From positions 1 through 64,000 of the forward strand of contig NW_027191491.1 in NCBI RefSeq assembly GCF_011745625.1: 64,000 nt of DNA, written 5' to 3'. The stretch's first letter is position 1. Each line of letters begins with the position of its first letter. This document shows positions 21,474 through 33,221 of the stretch, piece by piece. Origin of the DNA: Cladosporium halotolerans. Lineage: Eukaryota. A program made the position numbers and the translations under genes. Under the pieces are notes generated by a model, which worked only from the letters and a program-made list of their open reading frames with translations, was not told the origin of the DNA and ran no database searches.

Positions 21474-24400
21474 GGCGGTCAACGCAAGTCAACACGGCGT
21501 TCCTCGCTTCCGCGCCTCGCTCGCTGAGGAAAAATTTCCTTTGGATGCCCGCGCGCTCGTTCCCGGAAAGAATCGAAGCCCAAGAAAAATTGCGAAAAGG
21601 CGGTAAACGGCGCGTTGTTGTCGTTTTCGAGCGTCGGGGCCCGGCAGAAGTCGACGAGGCTGCGGCGCTAATGCAGTCGGGGAGATTTTTCCTGTATGCA
21701 CGCACGGGTTTTGGCGAGAGAGGGTGTGGGAGCAGAGAGACGGGAAAGTGGAGTCTTGCGGCGCTGCGGGAAGGGGGGGGAAGCGGTGCGGTGCGATGCG
21801 TGGTGGAGTTTTTGGGGCTTCTGGGCTTGGAGGGCCTGCCGCGGTGGACGCGGTCGGGACGGACGGACGACTTGGTTTGGGAGGCGAGGGTTGGCATGTG
21901 AAGAAGAAGGCGAAGCGTTGACATGCAGGGTTGGAGTTTCGAGTGTATGTAGTACGGACATCTTACTCGAGCGTTGTTGGATCTTTGCGGAGGCACGATC
22001 GAGCGGTTACTGGTCTTCGCCGGCGTCTCTTGTGCGTGCGACGGCATGTGCGGATTCGCGATTCGCGAAGACGCGCCTAGAGATGCGTGGCGTGGTCCGC
22101 AGACGACAAGAAGAACTTGATCTTCTGGAAAACTGGCTGCTTCGAAAGTCTCAAAGCGATGCACTCGTGCAGCGTGCTATCTCAGCGAAACATCGAGAGA
22201 CCGCATCGCGAGATCCTGTCGCATTGCGACCGCCACCTCCAATGGCTTCAGACTGCGATTGACCAGCACACCAACCCTACCATCAATACACTTACCGCAT
22301 GGCAAGTTTCCAATAAATCCAGAACTAAAGCAAATAGTCTCGTCTCCCTTCATCAATCACAGTCTTCACGACTCAAGCAAACCGCGCATGCGCCACGCCC
22401 GCGAGGCTACTGCACGAGCGGCAAAGCAAAGCCCAACCAGCACAGCGGCCGGCCGCACGCTTACAGACATTGTTGCAGAGTCGGTCAGTCAGTCAGCTCC
22501 CTTTTGCGCATCTCCTTTCCGATCTGCCGCATTTGCAGCATTGGGAGTTCGGAAGGGATCGGAATGGGAGTGGTCTGGCATTCGCATTCTTGCTGGCTCT
22601 CGGCCGGGAGTTCCGGCATGGGGAGGCCGTTCAGGAGACGAGTGGGAGCTTGGAGGGTGGACGGTGCGGCGCGGTGCGGTGCGATGGGCAGGAGTCGAGC
22701 CCGCGCTGGACGGAGCTCGATGGACGGGCGATATTATTTGTACGAGCTCGGCCATTGCGGGAGGGAATTGGTTATGATATTCTCTAATGATTCTCGAGCG
22801 GTATGAGCACGTACAATAAGGTAGTCCTGAAGTGGTCATCACTCATCATCAATGAAGATCTCCCCCCCTCCAGACCCATCGGGAGCAGTGAGAGATTCCA
22901 ACATCGCAATGTCCCTCATGCAATGCGCGTACGTTAGCGAACGATTCCGCCCACGAACGTATTGACGTTCACCGCCAAACTCTCATCTCACAACCTCGAA
23001 ATCCGCCCTTCGCTAGGTACGATGCAGGGCGTGTGGCACTTCAATCAGACAAGAACCCACCCTCCCGCTGCAGGAACAACAACGCAGCACAACGGCCAGC
23101 CGCCCGCGCGGAAGCGAGCGCAGCACGGCGGCCGTATCCCGCCGCCCGTGCGCGGAGCGCTCGGTGTGTTTGGCTTGCCTTGCCTTGCCTGTCTAGGGGC
23201 GTCTACATCGAGCGCAGTGCAGTACTACACGTACGGCTGCTGTAGGTACGGTACGATACACCAAGTTCGGGGACGCGGGAGGACAGGACACCACGTGCGT
23301 TGCGGGCGCATTGGAGGGTACAGTTCATACTACTGTACTGTACTGTACAGCAGACCGGATGGTAGGTACAAAGGACAACGACGCCGGGGAACGGGGAGGC
23401 GGAGGGCCTGACGCCCAGCTCAGCAGTGGCAAATCAGCAGCGAACCAAGGAAACAGCTGTCGAGGGGGATGGCGTCAGGTTATTCGGGGTGTTGGAAGAG
23501 TCTAGAAACGGACACGCGCCCAGTACGTAGAGATACGTAGCTTGCGGCGCAGGCAGCCGGTACCTGAGCGACGCATTGGGGAGGTCGCGTGCCGTGGGTA
23601 TAGCTCGGGTAAGTCGAGCCGTCCGCCTGTCGCAAGCTGGACTGGGCCCCGGAAGCCAAGCGGCCGGCTCGCGCTGCGCGCTTATGCAGCGGGTGCATGC
23701 CACCGTCTGCAGCGGGAGGTGCATGAAGATAGCACAAGACGAGAGTTAGGTTTGGGGGGAGGGTGGCGTGGGGGTTGTTGCGATTTGCTGGGGAGATAGC
23801 GAAGGTGGGATTGGCTTTCTATCGGGGACAAGCTGCGATAGCTTTGGGGGTGGTGTTTGGCTGTGGATAAGGTAGCTTAAGGTGGAAGCTACGGGAGATA
23901 GTGAGAGCAGTGGAGTGCTACAGCTGATACAGCTACTACCTACTGAGACCGATCGTCGTATTGCTCCGGTCGCAGCTGTGTTGTCGATTGTCTGCGCTTT
24001 GCGTGATTTCTTGCTCTCGACGGCAAAGCGGACAATCAAGCTAGTGTGGGGAATTGTCTCGCCTGGGGAAAGGGGATGCTGCAGACACAGGAGTCGGCGG
24101 GCGCACAGAGCAGGACTGACGCAGTTGCTGTCGTGAAGACGGATAGCGGGCGTGTCTTAATGTTATTGGGGAGCAGAGCAAGCTCCCCGCTAAACCGCGA
24201 GCGGGTGCAATCTCCCGCCGGCGGGGCGCGTCTCGTGGTACATACACGGCACACCAAGGGGAGGGAGGCACTGAAGGGACTAAGCAGAAGGCTAAAAAGG
24301 GCGATGACGAGCGATGGTGTGCAAAGTTGGTCGTCGCGCGTGACGGCGATGGATTGAAACAGAAGCCGCCCGGCAGTGGGCTCGCAGGCGCTGGTTGGCG

Positions 24401-26055
24401 GGGTGGTGGGAGGTGTACGTGTGTGGTGTACACAGTACATGTGGTGTGCTATTATTGACGGAGCAATGGGTGACTACCTAGTAACTATGTAGCGGCGATT
24501 ACGTGTGGTCCAGGGCGCGTGGACGGAAAGCTGTAGGTCTGGGAGGCGCTTCGATGCCCCCGGCGGTGCTCTGTTTCAGAGGGCGCACGGCAACAGGGCG
24601 TGGCAGGCACAGAGGGAGGCAGACTGCTGGGCGACTGCTGTGGTGCAGGCGCGAACGGCGGTAACGCGCCAGTCGACCAGCGCTCGGGTGCAGGCGCCGG
24701 TGTCGCCCGGCCCGGCCGATGTCTCAGGCACACGGGGAGCCTGAGGAACAAAGGCCGCGGGACTCGAGGGACTCGATTGATTGATGACGGTCGTCGCCTT
24801 TGTCGGGCTGGCAGCAGGCGGACGGCGGCAGAACGGGCTGGAAGGGCGTAGCAGGTTCAGGCGTGTTGCGATGACGAGCTGGGCGTGGCTGGCCGGGCGG
24901 CGTGACGAGCTGCTCAGGCTGCCAGGTGTCGCTTTGTTGGCAGCGTTCGATTCGCGTACCTAATGACAATGCGCAGGGATCACCAGGCGGCGCTGCGGCG
25001 TGACTCGGCCAAGTGCGCGCTAGCGCCTCTCCACGCGCCTGCAGGCTCAGTAGCGCCGCGTCGTCGCTCTGGCTCGTCTGGCTCGTCTGGTAGTGCCACC
25101 CGGCCAGTGCCACTGCCCGCTGCCCGCTGCCCGCCGCTGCTGCCCCAGGCCCGCTAGCCAGCAGCCGCTCTCCCATCTCCTCCACACCACCTTCACACCC
25201 GACCACACCGCCAACTGCCCGCCCGCCAGACACCTCTACTGCACTACCTACCTTGCTCTCCCACCTCACATACAAACACCGCAGCCCGCACTCCCGTCGC
25301 CCCTTCCTCACCACGCCCGCCGCCCGTCGTCCACCGCACCGCCCGCTCGCCACTGCCCCGGGGCGTCTTTGTTGATCGCTCCTTCCGCCGCTGCTCACCC
25401 GCTCCCGCATTCCTTGCCTGACCGGGCGACGACGACGACGACCTCGACGACGGCACGATTGCGATCTGCCTTGCCCTCCGCACTCCTACTCTCCTCCTAA
25501 TACCGACCACCACCACCCACCTCACCACCGCCGCACCGCACCACACCACTCGGCCAGCTTCCGCACCGCTCCGGTCCACCTTGTTGGTACAGTCGTCATT
25601 GGCTTCCTCCAGCCGAGCCGAGCCACGACAACACAGCCCGCCGTCCGCCTGCTCGCCATCACAACCACACCCCAGCACGCCGCTGTATCCATCCAGGTGA
25701 TCCATTGAACAACTGGCCTTTGCCGCTCGACACCGCTGCAGCTCCCAGGCACCGCTCCGCCAGGCAGCACCGCCGCCGCCGCCGCTAGCTCCACCGCCCG
25801 CGCTTCGACTCACAGCTCCGAGGGCTGCGTCTGACGCAACCCGCCTCCACCCTCACCTCATTCCCTCCCCGACCTCGACCGTATAATCTTGTACAACACC
25901 ATCTCGCCAGCTGCAGACAACCCCACGACTCCGACACATCGCGAGCGACACAGCTAATTTGGCGTGCCCGATCCTCCCCTGCGGACCGGACTGCATCGCC
26001 GCCCCTCACCTCCGCTCACACGTTGGACACCCACCACATCACACCAGCTGTACCC

Positions 26056-26064
26056 ATGAGATAA
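26056..26064 (+). promoter_or_regulatory. Minimal uORF (ATG AGA TAA) upstream of the kinase
   Basis: The only plus-strand ATG I found between 24972 and 26476. Confidence 0.45.
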
Positions 26065-26476
26065 CGACATTCCTTACAATTTCCCTTTCTTTTGAAAAGA
26101 GGCCTTTCCTGCCTTTGATTTCGAGCGACATAGCGAGCACCCTGCATATTGATATCTTGGACCTGGACAAGAGTTGACACCACACCACGCCAATCTGCAC
26201 GACAAGCATCCTACCGCCTTTTGCCTTTCCTGCCTCATTTGACACGATACGATACGACGTTTACCGAAGGCTCACGACTGTCCTGGCCGGTTCCTGCCGA
26301 CTGTTGTCTACCTCCACCCCTCGACTGAAGTTCACGAGCTTGCTCATTGGACCTTCGGTTTCGTCTTCCCAGGCGGCAACCACCTGCACTTCCTCGACAG
26401 CTGTCATCCACTGGCTTCGTGAGGTTGCTTTCGCATCCTCCACCCGCACACCCTCCAACGTCGGCAACCTACGCAA

Positions 26477-28645
26477 ATGGCCTGTTTGCGAGATGGCTTC
26501 ACCAAAGACAAGCTTCTCGATAACAGGTTCTTAACCGTCTCGCCCCTCAACCATGGATCCTTCGGTCTCGTCTTCCGCGCCAAGGACACCCTGACCGGCC
26601 AAGATGTTGCCATCAAATGTATCACCAAGCCCGAAGCTGCCGACAAGACTTCCTGCCCGGCTGCCTACAGCGTCGACGACCACTCTCAGGAGCTGCAGAT
26701 TCACTCCAAACTTCCCTACCACCCGAACATTGTCAACCTTGTTCACTCTTTCGAGACTGAAAACCACGAGTACATTGTTATAGAGCTCTGCAGCAATGGC
26801 GATCTCTACGAAGCCATCCGCGTCGGCAAGGGACCTCTCGAGACCGAGCACGTGCGCGACTTCATGCTGCAGCTGATCGACGCCATTGACCACCTCCACG
26901 CAAATGGCGTCTACCACCGCGACCTCAAGCCTGAAAACATCTTTTTGACGTCGAACGGTTCCATGAAGCTGGGTGACTTTGGGCTTGCCACCACCGACAG
27001 CTGGTCCACCGAGTTCGCCGTTGGCTCAGATCGCTACATGGCTCCTGAGCAGTACGACGCCTCGGTCTACGGCTATGGTTATTCGCCGGCTGCTGCTGAC
27101 GTCTGGGCCATTGGCATCGTGCTTCTGAACGTTCTGTTCCAGCGCAACCCCTTCGCGTACCCCACGGACAAGGACCCTCTGTTCTCTGACTTCGCCGCGG
27201 ATCGCCAGAACCTGTTTGACGTTTTCCCGAACATGTCACAAGACACCTTCAACGTCATCAGGCACTCTCTGGCGCTGGACCCCGCGAACCGCTCCCTCAG
27301 CGCTGTGCGCGAGGCCCTGAAGTCTGTGCTCAGCTTCACGACTGACGACGAGTCTCTCGACGACTTCTGCACCGAGTCCCCTCACCTCGCACCTGTGGCT
27401 ACCCACGCTCGCGAGCCTCTCCGCACGCCGTCTATCACCACGCCTATTCCTGGCAACGGTGACTCGTTTCCTTGGACTCATGCCCTGCACACCACCCCTC
27501 AAGTGACCACTCGCCAGCTCTCAACCATCAATGACGTCGACTCCGAGCTCTTCCCTGGCTCCGTGCAATCCACCAAGTGGAAGTACGGTGACACGGACGA
27601 GGCCTCCTTGTCGTCTAACTTGGATTCTGGCCTCGGCATGTCGTACAAGTCTTCTCAGTCCATCAAGTCTGCTGTTCCGAAGCTCAGCAACAACTTTGTT
27701 GGCTCTCTTCCCATCAGCTTCAAGCGCCCCAGCAAGAACGCTTCGCCGTACAATGGTACCAACAACTTTTCGAAGAGTTGGAGCGATCTCTGGGATGAGG
27801 AAGAGGAGCTGGCGCAGGAGGGACGCACTTCGTTGGATCTCGGTCTTGACATCTCTCGTGTCAGCACGGCAAAGCCAAGCGCTCCTCAGCTCGCCTCCAT
27901 CATGGAAGACGGCCGCGGCAGTGTTACTCCTCGCCAGGCCCATGCGGAGCTTGCCACCACTGCTCCGTCTGGCACTGCGTCTCCCTTGCCGCCAACCGAG
28001 GAGAAGCCAGAGCTTCCCAAACAGCGTTCGTCTTCTATCTTGGACAGATGGGCCGTCCTTGGTAACTTCCGTCGCGCCAAACAGCATGAACCTGCTCCGA
28101 CTCAGGCCCCTACCCCTACCCCTGCTCCTGCACCCGCTCGTGCTGTGCCTGCTCCCGTCCCTGTTGCGGCGACCCCGCAGAAGAGCAAGTACACGGACGC
28201 CTTGAGCAGTTTCACTCCGTTTGGAAGCAACATGAAGAAGACCAAGTCGAAGACTCGCGAGCGTTCAGGAAGCTGGCGGCAAGGTGCCACGCCCGTCTCG
28301 GGTCGCATGCGTTCGTCCTCCACCTCGCGTCACTGGGATCGCAAGGACCGTGACGTGAGCCCGAGCCACGTTCCCCCAGTTCCCACAGTCCCAGAGTCGT
28401 GGTCTCTCGACAACAACTGGCGCGATCACAAGCCCCGCGTGGCCACGACCAAGTCCAATGCCTTCTCGACTGACGTCTCTATGCCAATCCGTACCCGCGG
28501 GCTTCGCAACCAGAAGAGCAAGCATTACGACACGTTCATGGACGAGAAGGAGCTGGATCTCTTCTCCATGCCTGCTTTCGACGACAGTGACAGCGACGAC
28601 ATCGACCTCATGGTTGGCGGCTGGCATGGCGACATCGATGTGTAA
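26477..28645 (+). CDS. KSP1: Ser/Thr protein kinase, Ksp1-like, 722 aa
   Basis: LNHGSFGLV Gly-loop, VAIK, YHRDLKPEN, DFG, VGSDRYMAPEQ activation segment, DVWAIG; long low-complexity tail. The ortholog name comes from remembered similarity. Confidence 0.8.
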   Translation: MACLRDGFTKDKLLDNRFLTVSPLNHGSFGLVFRAKDTLTGQDVAIKCITKPEAADKTSCPAAYSVDDHSQELQIHSKLPYHPNIVNLVHSFETENHEYIVIELCSNGDLYEAIRVGKGPLETEHVRDFMLQLIDAIDHLHANGVYHRDLKPENIFLTSNGSMKLGDFGLATTDSWSTEFAVGSDRYMAPEQYDASVYGYGYSPAAADVWAIGIVLLNVLFQRNPFAYPTDKDPLFSDFAADRQNLFDVFPNMSQDTFNVIRHSLALDPANRSLSAVREALKSVLSFTTDDESLDDFCTESPHLAPVATHAREPLRTPSITTPIPGNGDSFPWTHALHTTPQVTTRQLSTINDVDSELFPGSVQSTKWKYGDTDEASLSSNLDSGLGMSYKSSQSIKSAVPKLSNNFVGSLPISFKRPSKNASPYNGTNNFSKSWSDLWDEEEELAQEGRTSLDLGLDISRVSTAKPSAPQLASIMEDGRGSVTPRQAHAELATTAPSGTASPLPPTEEKPELPKQRSSSILDRWAVLGNFRRAKQHEPAPTQAPTPTPAPAPARAVPAPVPVAATPQKSKYTDALSSFTPFGSNMKKTKSKTRERSGSWRQGATPVSGRMRSSSTSRHWDRKDRDVSPSHVPPVPTVPESWSLDNNWRDHKPRVATTKSNAFSTDVSMPIRTRGLRNQKSKHYDTFMDEKELDLFSMPAFDDSDSDDIDLMVGGWHGDIDV

Positions 28646-29091
28646 GCACTTGGGACTCCTCCAGCCTTGCTTGGATGCACCACCCGGATCGCCGGTGCAG
28701 ATCAGCAGATCAACCTACAGGCTCCAGGACCCAAGGCTCCACATCGAACGACTCCCTCACGACTCTCAACTCCCCAACTCCCACGGCCGCATCTTCCGCG
28801 CGCCGCAGGGCAATTCTACCTCAGCATCTTTATCTCCTTTCATCAACCTTTGGGGCGCAATCGGAAACCGGCGTTCTTCACTTCTACCTCATTGCACCCA
28901 AAACAAACCGGGGGCGGCTTTTGTGTTTTCTGTTTTTTCATTCCGTTATTTGTTCTCTCAACTCCCCCAATCGGAAACCGGCGCAAAAAAGATATCATTG
29001 ATGGCCCCAAGCACAGGCCATGGGCAAAAAGAAAAGTGTGATGATACCAAAGCTCTACTACTTATGAACATACCAAACAACCAAACCCCTT

Positions 29092-29159
29092 GCCCGGTCG
29101 AGAACCCGAAACCTGCCTTGCTAGCGCGAGGCGAGGTTTGGGGTTATTCTCGGCCGGGT
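29092..29159 (+). other. Stem-loop downstream of the kinase stop codon (putative 3' UTR structure)
   Basis: CCCGGTCGAGAA/TTCTCGGCCGGG, AAACCT/AGGTTT and GCCTTGC/GCGAGGC pair around a TAGC loop. Confidence 0.6.
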
Positions 29160-30024
29160 TTGCTGCGATTTTGTTGCGTTTGCTTTTGTTCTTGTTTTCC
29201 CTTGTTTCCTTTTTTATTCGGGTTCGGTTCTTTTGCGGCATATGGCAGGGCAGGGCAGGGCAAGCAGCGGAGGAAACAGAAGCATACAACAATATCTCTC
29301 GAATTGACGAAGCAGAGCGGAGGAAACAAGAGGGAAAGAAGAAGGGAAAGGGAAGGGTATACGTAGCTAGCTCTTAGTCGGCTCGCTTGGTCGAGTCTGT
29401 CCCCTTTTGGGAATCCTGTTTTGGGGTTTCCGAAGGCGACGAACAGAATACGATACACGGGATTCTGTCCCCCGGCTCTCCTTTCTTCGCCTCTTTCTTC
29501 GTCCTCTTCCTTCCCATGGGAGGGAGGGGGGAGGGGGAGGGGGGGTGAGGGATGGGGAGGCGTGACTATTTGCTACAGATTTTGGGGTCTCTTTTCTTTT
29601 TCCTACGTGTGTTTCTACGTGCTTTGAATTCTCGGCTTGCTGAGAAGTGGCGCTGACCTACCTACCTGCCGTTCCCACCGCAGCCGAGGAATGAATGCCG
29701 TCCAAAGCACGACGAGGCGTGCGTGCGTGCGTGCGTGCGTCGAAGGCTCGCGAGGGCGCGCTCGTCGCTCGCTCGCCGTACGTACCTAGTGGTTTCGGAG
29801 GGAAAGTACTATGTGTCTACAATATGATATGGATTGCTGCTCGATGGGACTACCTAGACGGGCACAAGGGCGCGCTGGAGAGACGGATGTCTGAGCTGCG
29901 CGTTGGAGACTGAAGTTCAATCAATCACCCGCTCACGTCGCAGATCAACAGGCCTTCGCTCCTCTGTGCGTTGAGTCTGTGGCGTCTGGCGCTGCGCGAG
30001 AAGGCAGCGGAATGGTCTGGGAGG

Positions 30025-31054
30025 TTGACCTGACCTGACCCTTTCGAGGCTGGGCTGACCCTTTCGAGGCTCGGCTGAGCTTCGGTCTGCGAGAAACATC
30101 TCGTGCGAAATCGAGCATGGGACAGACTCATTCCTGGAACTGGAGCAGTCGGGACCGCTGTGTTCTCCTGCTTCGCGTCTTTGAGCACAGTGCTGCACTC
30201 GAGGGGTGAGCGATCAGACGCTTTTGACGACTGCAATGCTATGCTACGGCGGAGGAGGGCACGCCGGAGCTGGCCTGACACTCTGGGACTTCACATGACC
30301 TCTCGCGAGCTCGGTTGAGCCTTTCTGGGCCAGCCCGCAAGGCTCGGCTCCGGCGAAGCTGGCGCACATCATCGCGCACTCCCAGACAAGAGCGTCCTCG
30401 CATTCTCCGTCTCGCGGTTCTTTCCCATCGGCAACGAAGTTCATTGGATGGTGTTGCAGCCGCATTGCTACGACGGACTAGGTCTCGAAGCTGACCTGAG
30501 GCTCGGCGACTTCACCTGACCCTTTCAGACTTCACCTGACCCTCCACCGGGAGCCCGGCTGACCCCTTCAGCGCGCAGGCCTCGGATCATGTCAGACGAA
30601 GTCGAGCGCGGAAGCGCAGCATATCGCCGCGTCGCGAACCGGGCTGGCTCTTCGCAATGCTCCCTCGACGTCTTGCGGTTGTGGCGAGGCAGAGTCGAGT
30701 CGGAGGGCATATCGAAGCCGTCCGAGCGTGCGTGTGCGGAGTCCAGATGAAGACCTTGTTGCCTGGCTGAGAGAAGTTCAGATGAGGTGGATTGAATGGT
30801 CGAGGGAAGTCGCATTGCACGGCCTGGAAAGGTCAGGTCAGCTGTTGAGCATCAAGTTGCTCGTTGGAAGGAACGTTGCAGACGGATGTCGCAATGAGAG
30901 CCTGGGCGCATCGCAGCTGTTGTGCTTCCTGCTTCTGTGGAACTCAGTTGACATTTCCAAGACGTGTGGGACATGTTGTAGCGACAAGGCTCAGGTGAGT
31001 CGTGGATTGGGGTCCAGGTGAAGTCAAGTCTCAAGCTCAGGTGAGGTCTGAAAG
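30025..31054. repeat. Cluster of short direct and inverted motifs (possible non-autonomous DNA transposon relic)
   Basis: CTGACCCTTTCGAGGCT x2 (30035, 30055); GACTTCACCTGACCCT x2 (30508, 30528); reverse-complement copies at 30827-30840, 31015-31025 and 31037-31054. Confidence 0.55.
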
Positions 31055-31555
31055 CACGGGGGGGGTAAGCAGGGTTAGGGTTGGGGTTGGCTCACGGAGG
31101 CATGATGCCCTGTTGGTACCGTATGTGAATACTAGCCTTGTTTCTTTTCGGTCTAGCTACTTATTGATGAATGTCTTTTGATCCTGTGGGACTTTTGTAG
31201 TTAGCAAGGTGTTTGGTCGGATGTTGCTGGTCGTTCGCGATTTCCAGGCGTTGCTTCATGTACAAGCTTCAAGCACACCACCGAACAATCGACGGAGCCA
31301 GAAAGATGTGGATGTTCGAACATGAACACAGCGAAGGTACTAAATCGGCAAACAGCTCTAGCAAAACACGTTAACGCGGAACGACATGGCGAGCGTGTCA
31401 CTTGAAACAAAGTAAATGTATATTTGATCGGACATAGGCCGTTTGGGTATCTCGTGGTGGATCTATTCCTTCCTTTCCTTCGTTTCCAACCGGAATCAGC
31501 ACAACCGCTGTCTCCGCCCCTGCGCCTGAAAAACGCCTGTCAAGACATGCAGAAC

Positions 31556-32896
31556 CTAACCCAAAGAAACAAAAGCAGGGTTGTCACCCTCCCGCACCAA
31601 CATCACACCTCCACCATCGCCCATGCGATCCCCATTACCCTCGCCAGCACGCGGCCTGTCATCCGTCTGACTCGCCGCATTCCTCATCCTCGCCCTCCTC
31701 TTCTTCTCCTGCTCGCGCTCATGGACCGAATTCGAGTAAAGCTTCAGACTGCCCACGACCATCATGACGATAATGCCCAGCGTCAAAATAACCCTGCGCG
31801 TCAGCACCCAGCGCACGCCCTCGACGTCGCTCTTGCTGTCGGCCTGCAAGCTGACGGTGATCTTGTAGTTGAGCTCCTGCACCTTGCTCTCCATGGCGCG
31901 CTGCTCGTTGCGCACGGCCATCTTGCGGTCGTCGAACATGCCGCGCAGCTCGTCCTTCATCGCCGCCGTCTCCTGGCCCAGCCGCTGCTCGAGGATGTCG
32001 TGCTCGTGTTGCAGCTGGTCGCGCTCCATGCGCATCTGCTCCTGCAGCGCGACGCGGCGCGCGAAGACTTCCGTGCGCAGCTCCGAGCAGGCGGCGCTGA
32101 AGAGGTAGGATTCGTTCTCGACGTCGGATTTGCTCACGAGCGCTTGGCTGGCGTTGTCGAGGTTGTCGCCGAGGAGGAGGCGCATGGATTTCATGACGGT
32201 GATGGCTTGCGGTTTCGTCCAGCCGCCGGCTTCGAGCCGGCGCACGAGGCTGTAGGTGTCGAAGTGGTGGACGTAGCGCGGTTTGTCGATGTGGGGGGGA
32301 TGGCGCAGGGAGGGAGTGTGTTCCTCGGGGAAGTGAGGGGTGGCGAGCTCGAGAGATGTTTCGTCACTGGGTTTGCTGGCGTCTTGCTGTTGCTGCTGTT
32401 GATTGGGCGGATTCGGTGGTGGAGTGTTGCCGCCTTCTTTCTCGTGCTGAGCGGGATCCATGACTGTGTCGAGCAGCGACTCGGCCGACTTCTCCTTCTC
32501 AGCGTCCTCAGCTTTGTCGACCATGGGGTCCCCGTTCGCCGTTGTACGTTGTGAGTCTTCTGTGGACTGTTGTGCCTCATCCTCTTCAACCGGTATTGCC
32601 TGCTTGACCTCCCGCTCGCCATCTTCCTGCAGCTTCTCGCCGATCTTAGGGAGTTCTTTGGACTGTTGAGATTCGGATTGTTTTGTGGACGGGCCGTACG
32701 ATTTCCCCCCTCCTAGGTACGGAGGCGGCTCGTTCGCCTGGCCATATCGTTTGGGTACGATGCTGCTCTGGCGCGTTCGCGATGTTGAATGCAGCGCCCT
32801 GCGGCCGCGGCGGACGGCGTTCTTGGACACGGGCGCGGCCTGCTCGCTCGCGCGGAACAGCATGGGCCAGAGGAAGGGCAGTCTAGGGGCCGCCAT
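31556..32896 (-). CDS. DUF1640 / CCDC90-MCUR1-like mitochondrial coiled-coil membrane protein, 446 aa
   Basis: Arg-rich presequence-like start MAAPRLPFLWP; HHFDTYSLVRRLEAGGW..QA..MK head motif; coiled coil; KSDVEGVRW followed by a TM helix. Confidence 0.82.
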   Translation of the reverse strand: MAAPRLPFLWPMLFRASEQAAPVSKNAVRRGRRALHSTSRTRQSSIVPKRYGQANEPPPYLGGGKSYGPSTKQSESQQSKELPKIGEKLQEDGEREVKQAIPVEEDEAQQSTEDSQRTTANGDPMVDKAEDAEKEKSAESLLDTVMDPAQHEKEGGNTPPPNPPNQQQQQQDASKPSDETSLELATPHFPEEHTPSLRHPPHIDKPRYVHHFDTYSLVRRLEAGGWTKPQAITVMKSMRLLLGDNLDNASQALVSKSDVENESYLFSAACSELRTEVFARRVALQEQMRMERDQLQHEHDILEQRLGQETAAMKDELRGMFDDRKMAVRNEQRAMESKVQELNYKITVSLQADSKSDVEGVRWVLTRRVILTLGIIVMMVVGSLKLYSNSVHEREQEKKRRARMRNAASQTDDRPRAGEGNGDRMGDGGGVMLVREGDNPAFVSLG

Positions 32897-33221
32897 GCTG
32901 GTGGCGTGTGTTGATCGTTTGTCGTAACAATGTAGAGAGTGTCGGTAAGCGAGGATAGTAAGAAGTGAAACGAAACAACAACACGAGCGCCGGAAGGAAT
33001 GACTGAATAGCGACGCCTTTCCCGGGCACCCCTCGGCGATCACGGGCAGCGGGCAGCGGGCAGCGGGCATGCTTCACCGTCCCCACAGGCCACAGGGCGT
33101 GCCTGCTTGAGCCTCCAGAAGCCGAGGCGAAGGGTCCAGCCTGCCACGCCTGGATTGTCGACGGCACTAGGTACCTTGGTCATTCCCAGCAGCACCAAGA
33201 CCGCCACGGCATGCGACAATA

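Noticed and set aside
21500..25900. Many short ORFs on both strands
   Set aside because: Low-complexity regulatory region; translations are compositionally random.
28458..29366. 302-aa plus ORF overlapping the kinase end in another frame
   Set aside because: Low-complexity UTR-like translation; I saw no slippery site or splice signal linking it to the kinase.
31424..32554. 376-aa plus-strand ORF
   Set aside because: Antisense to the DUF1640 gene.
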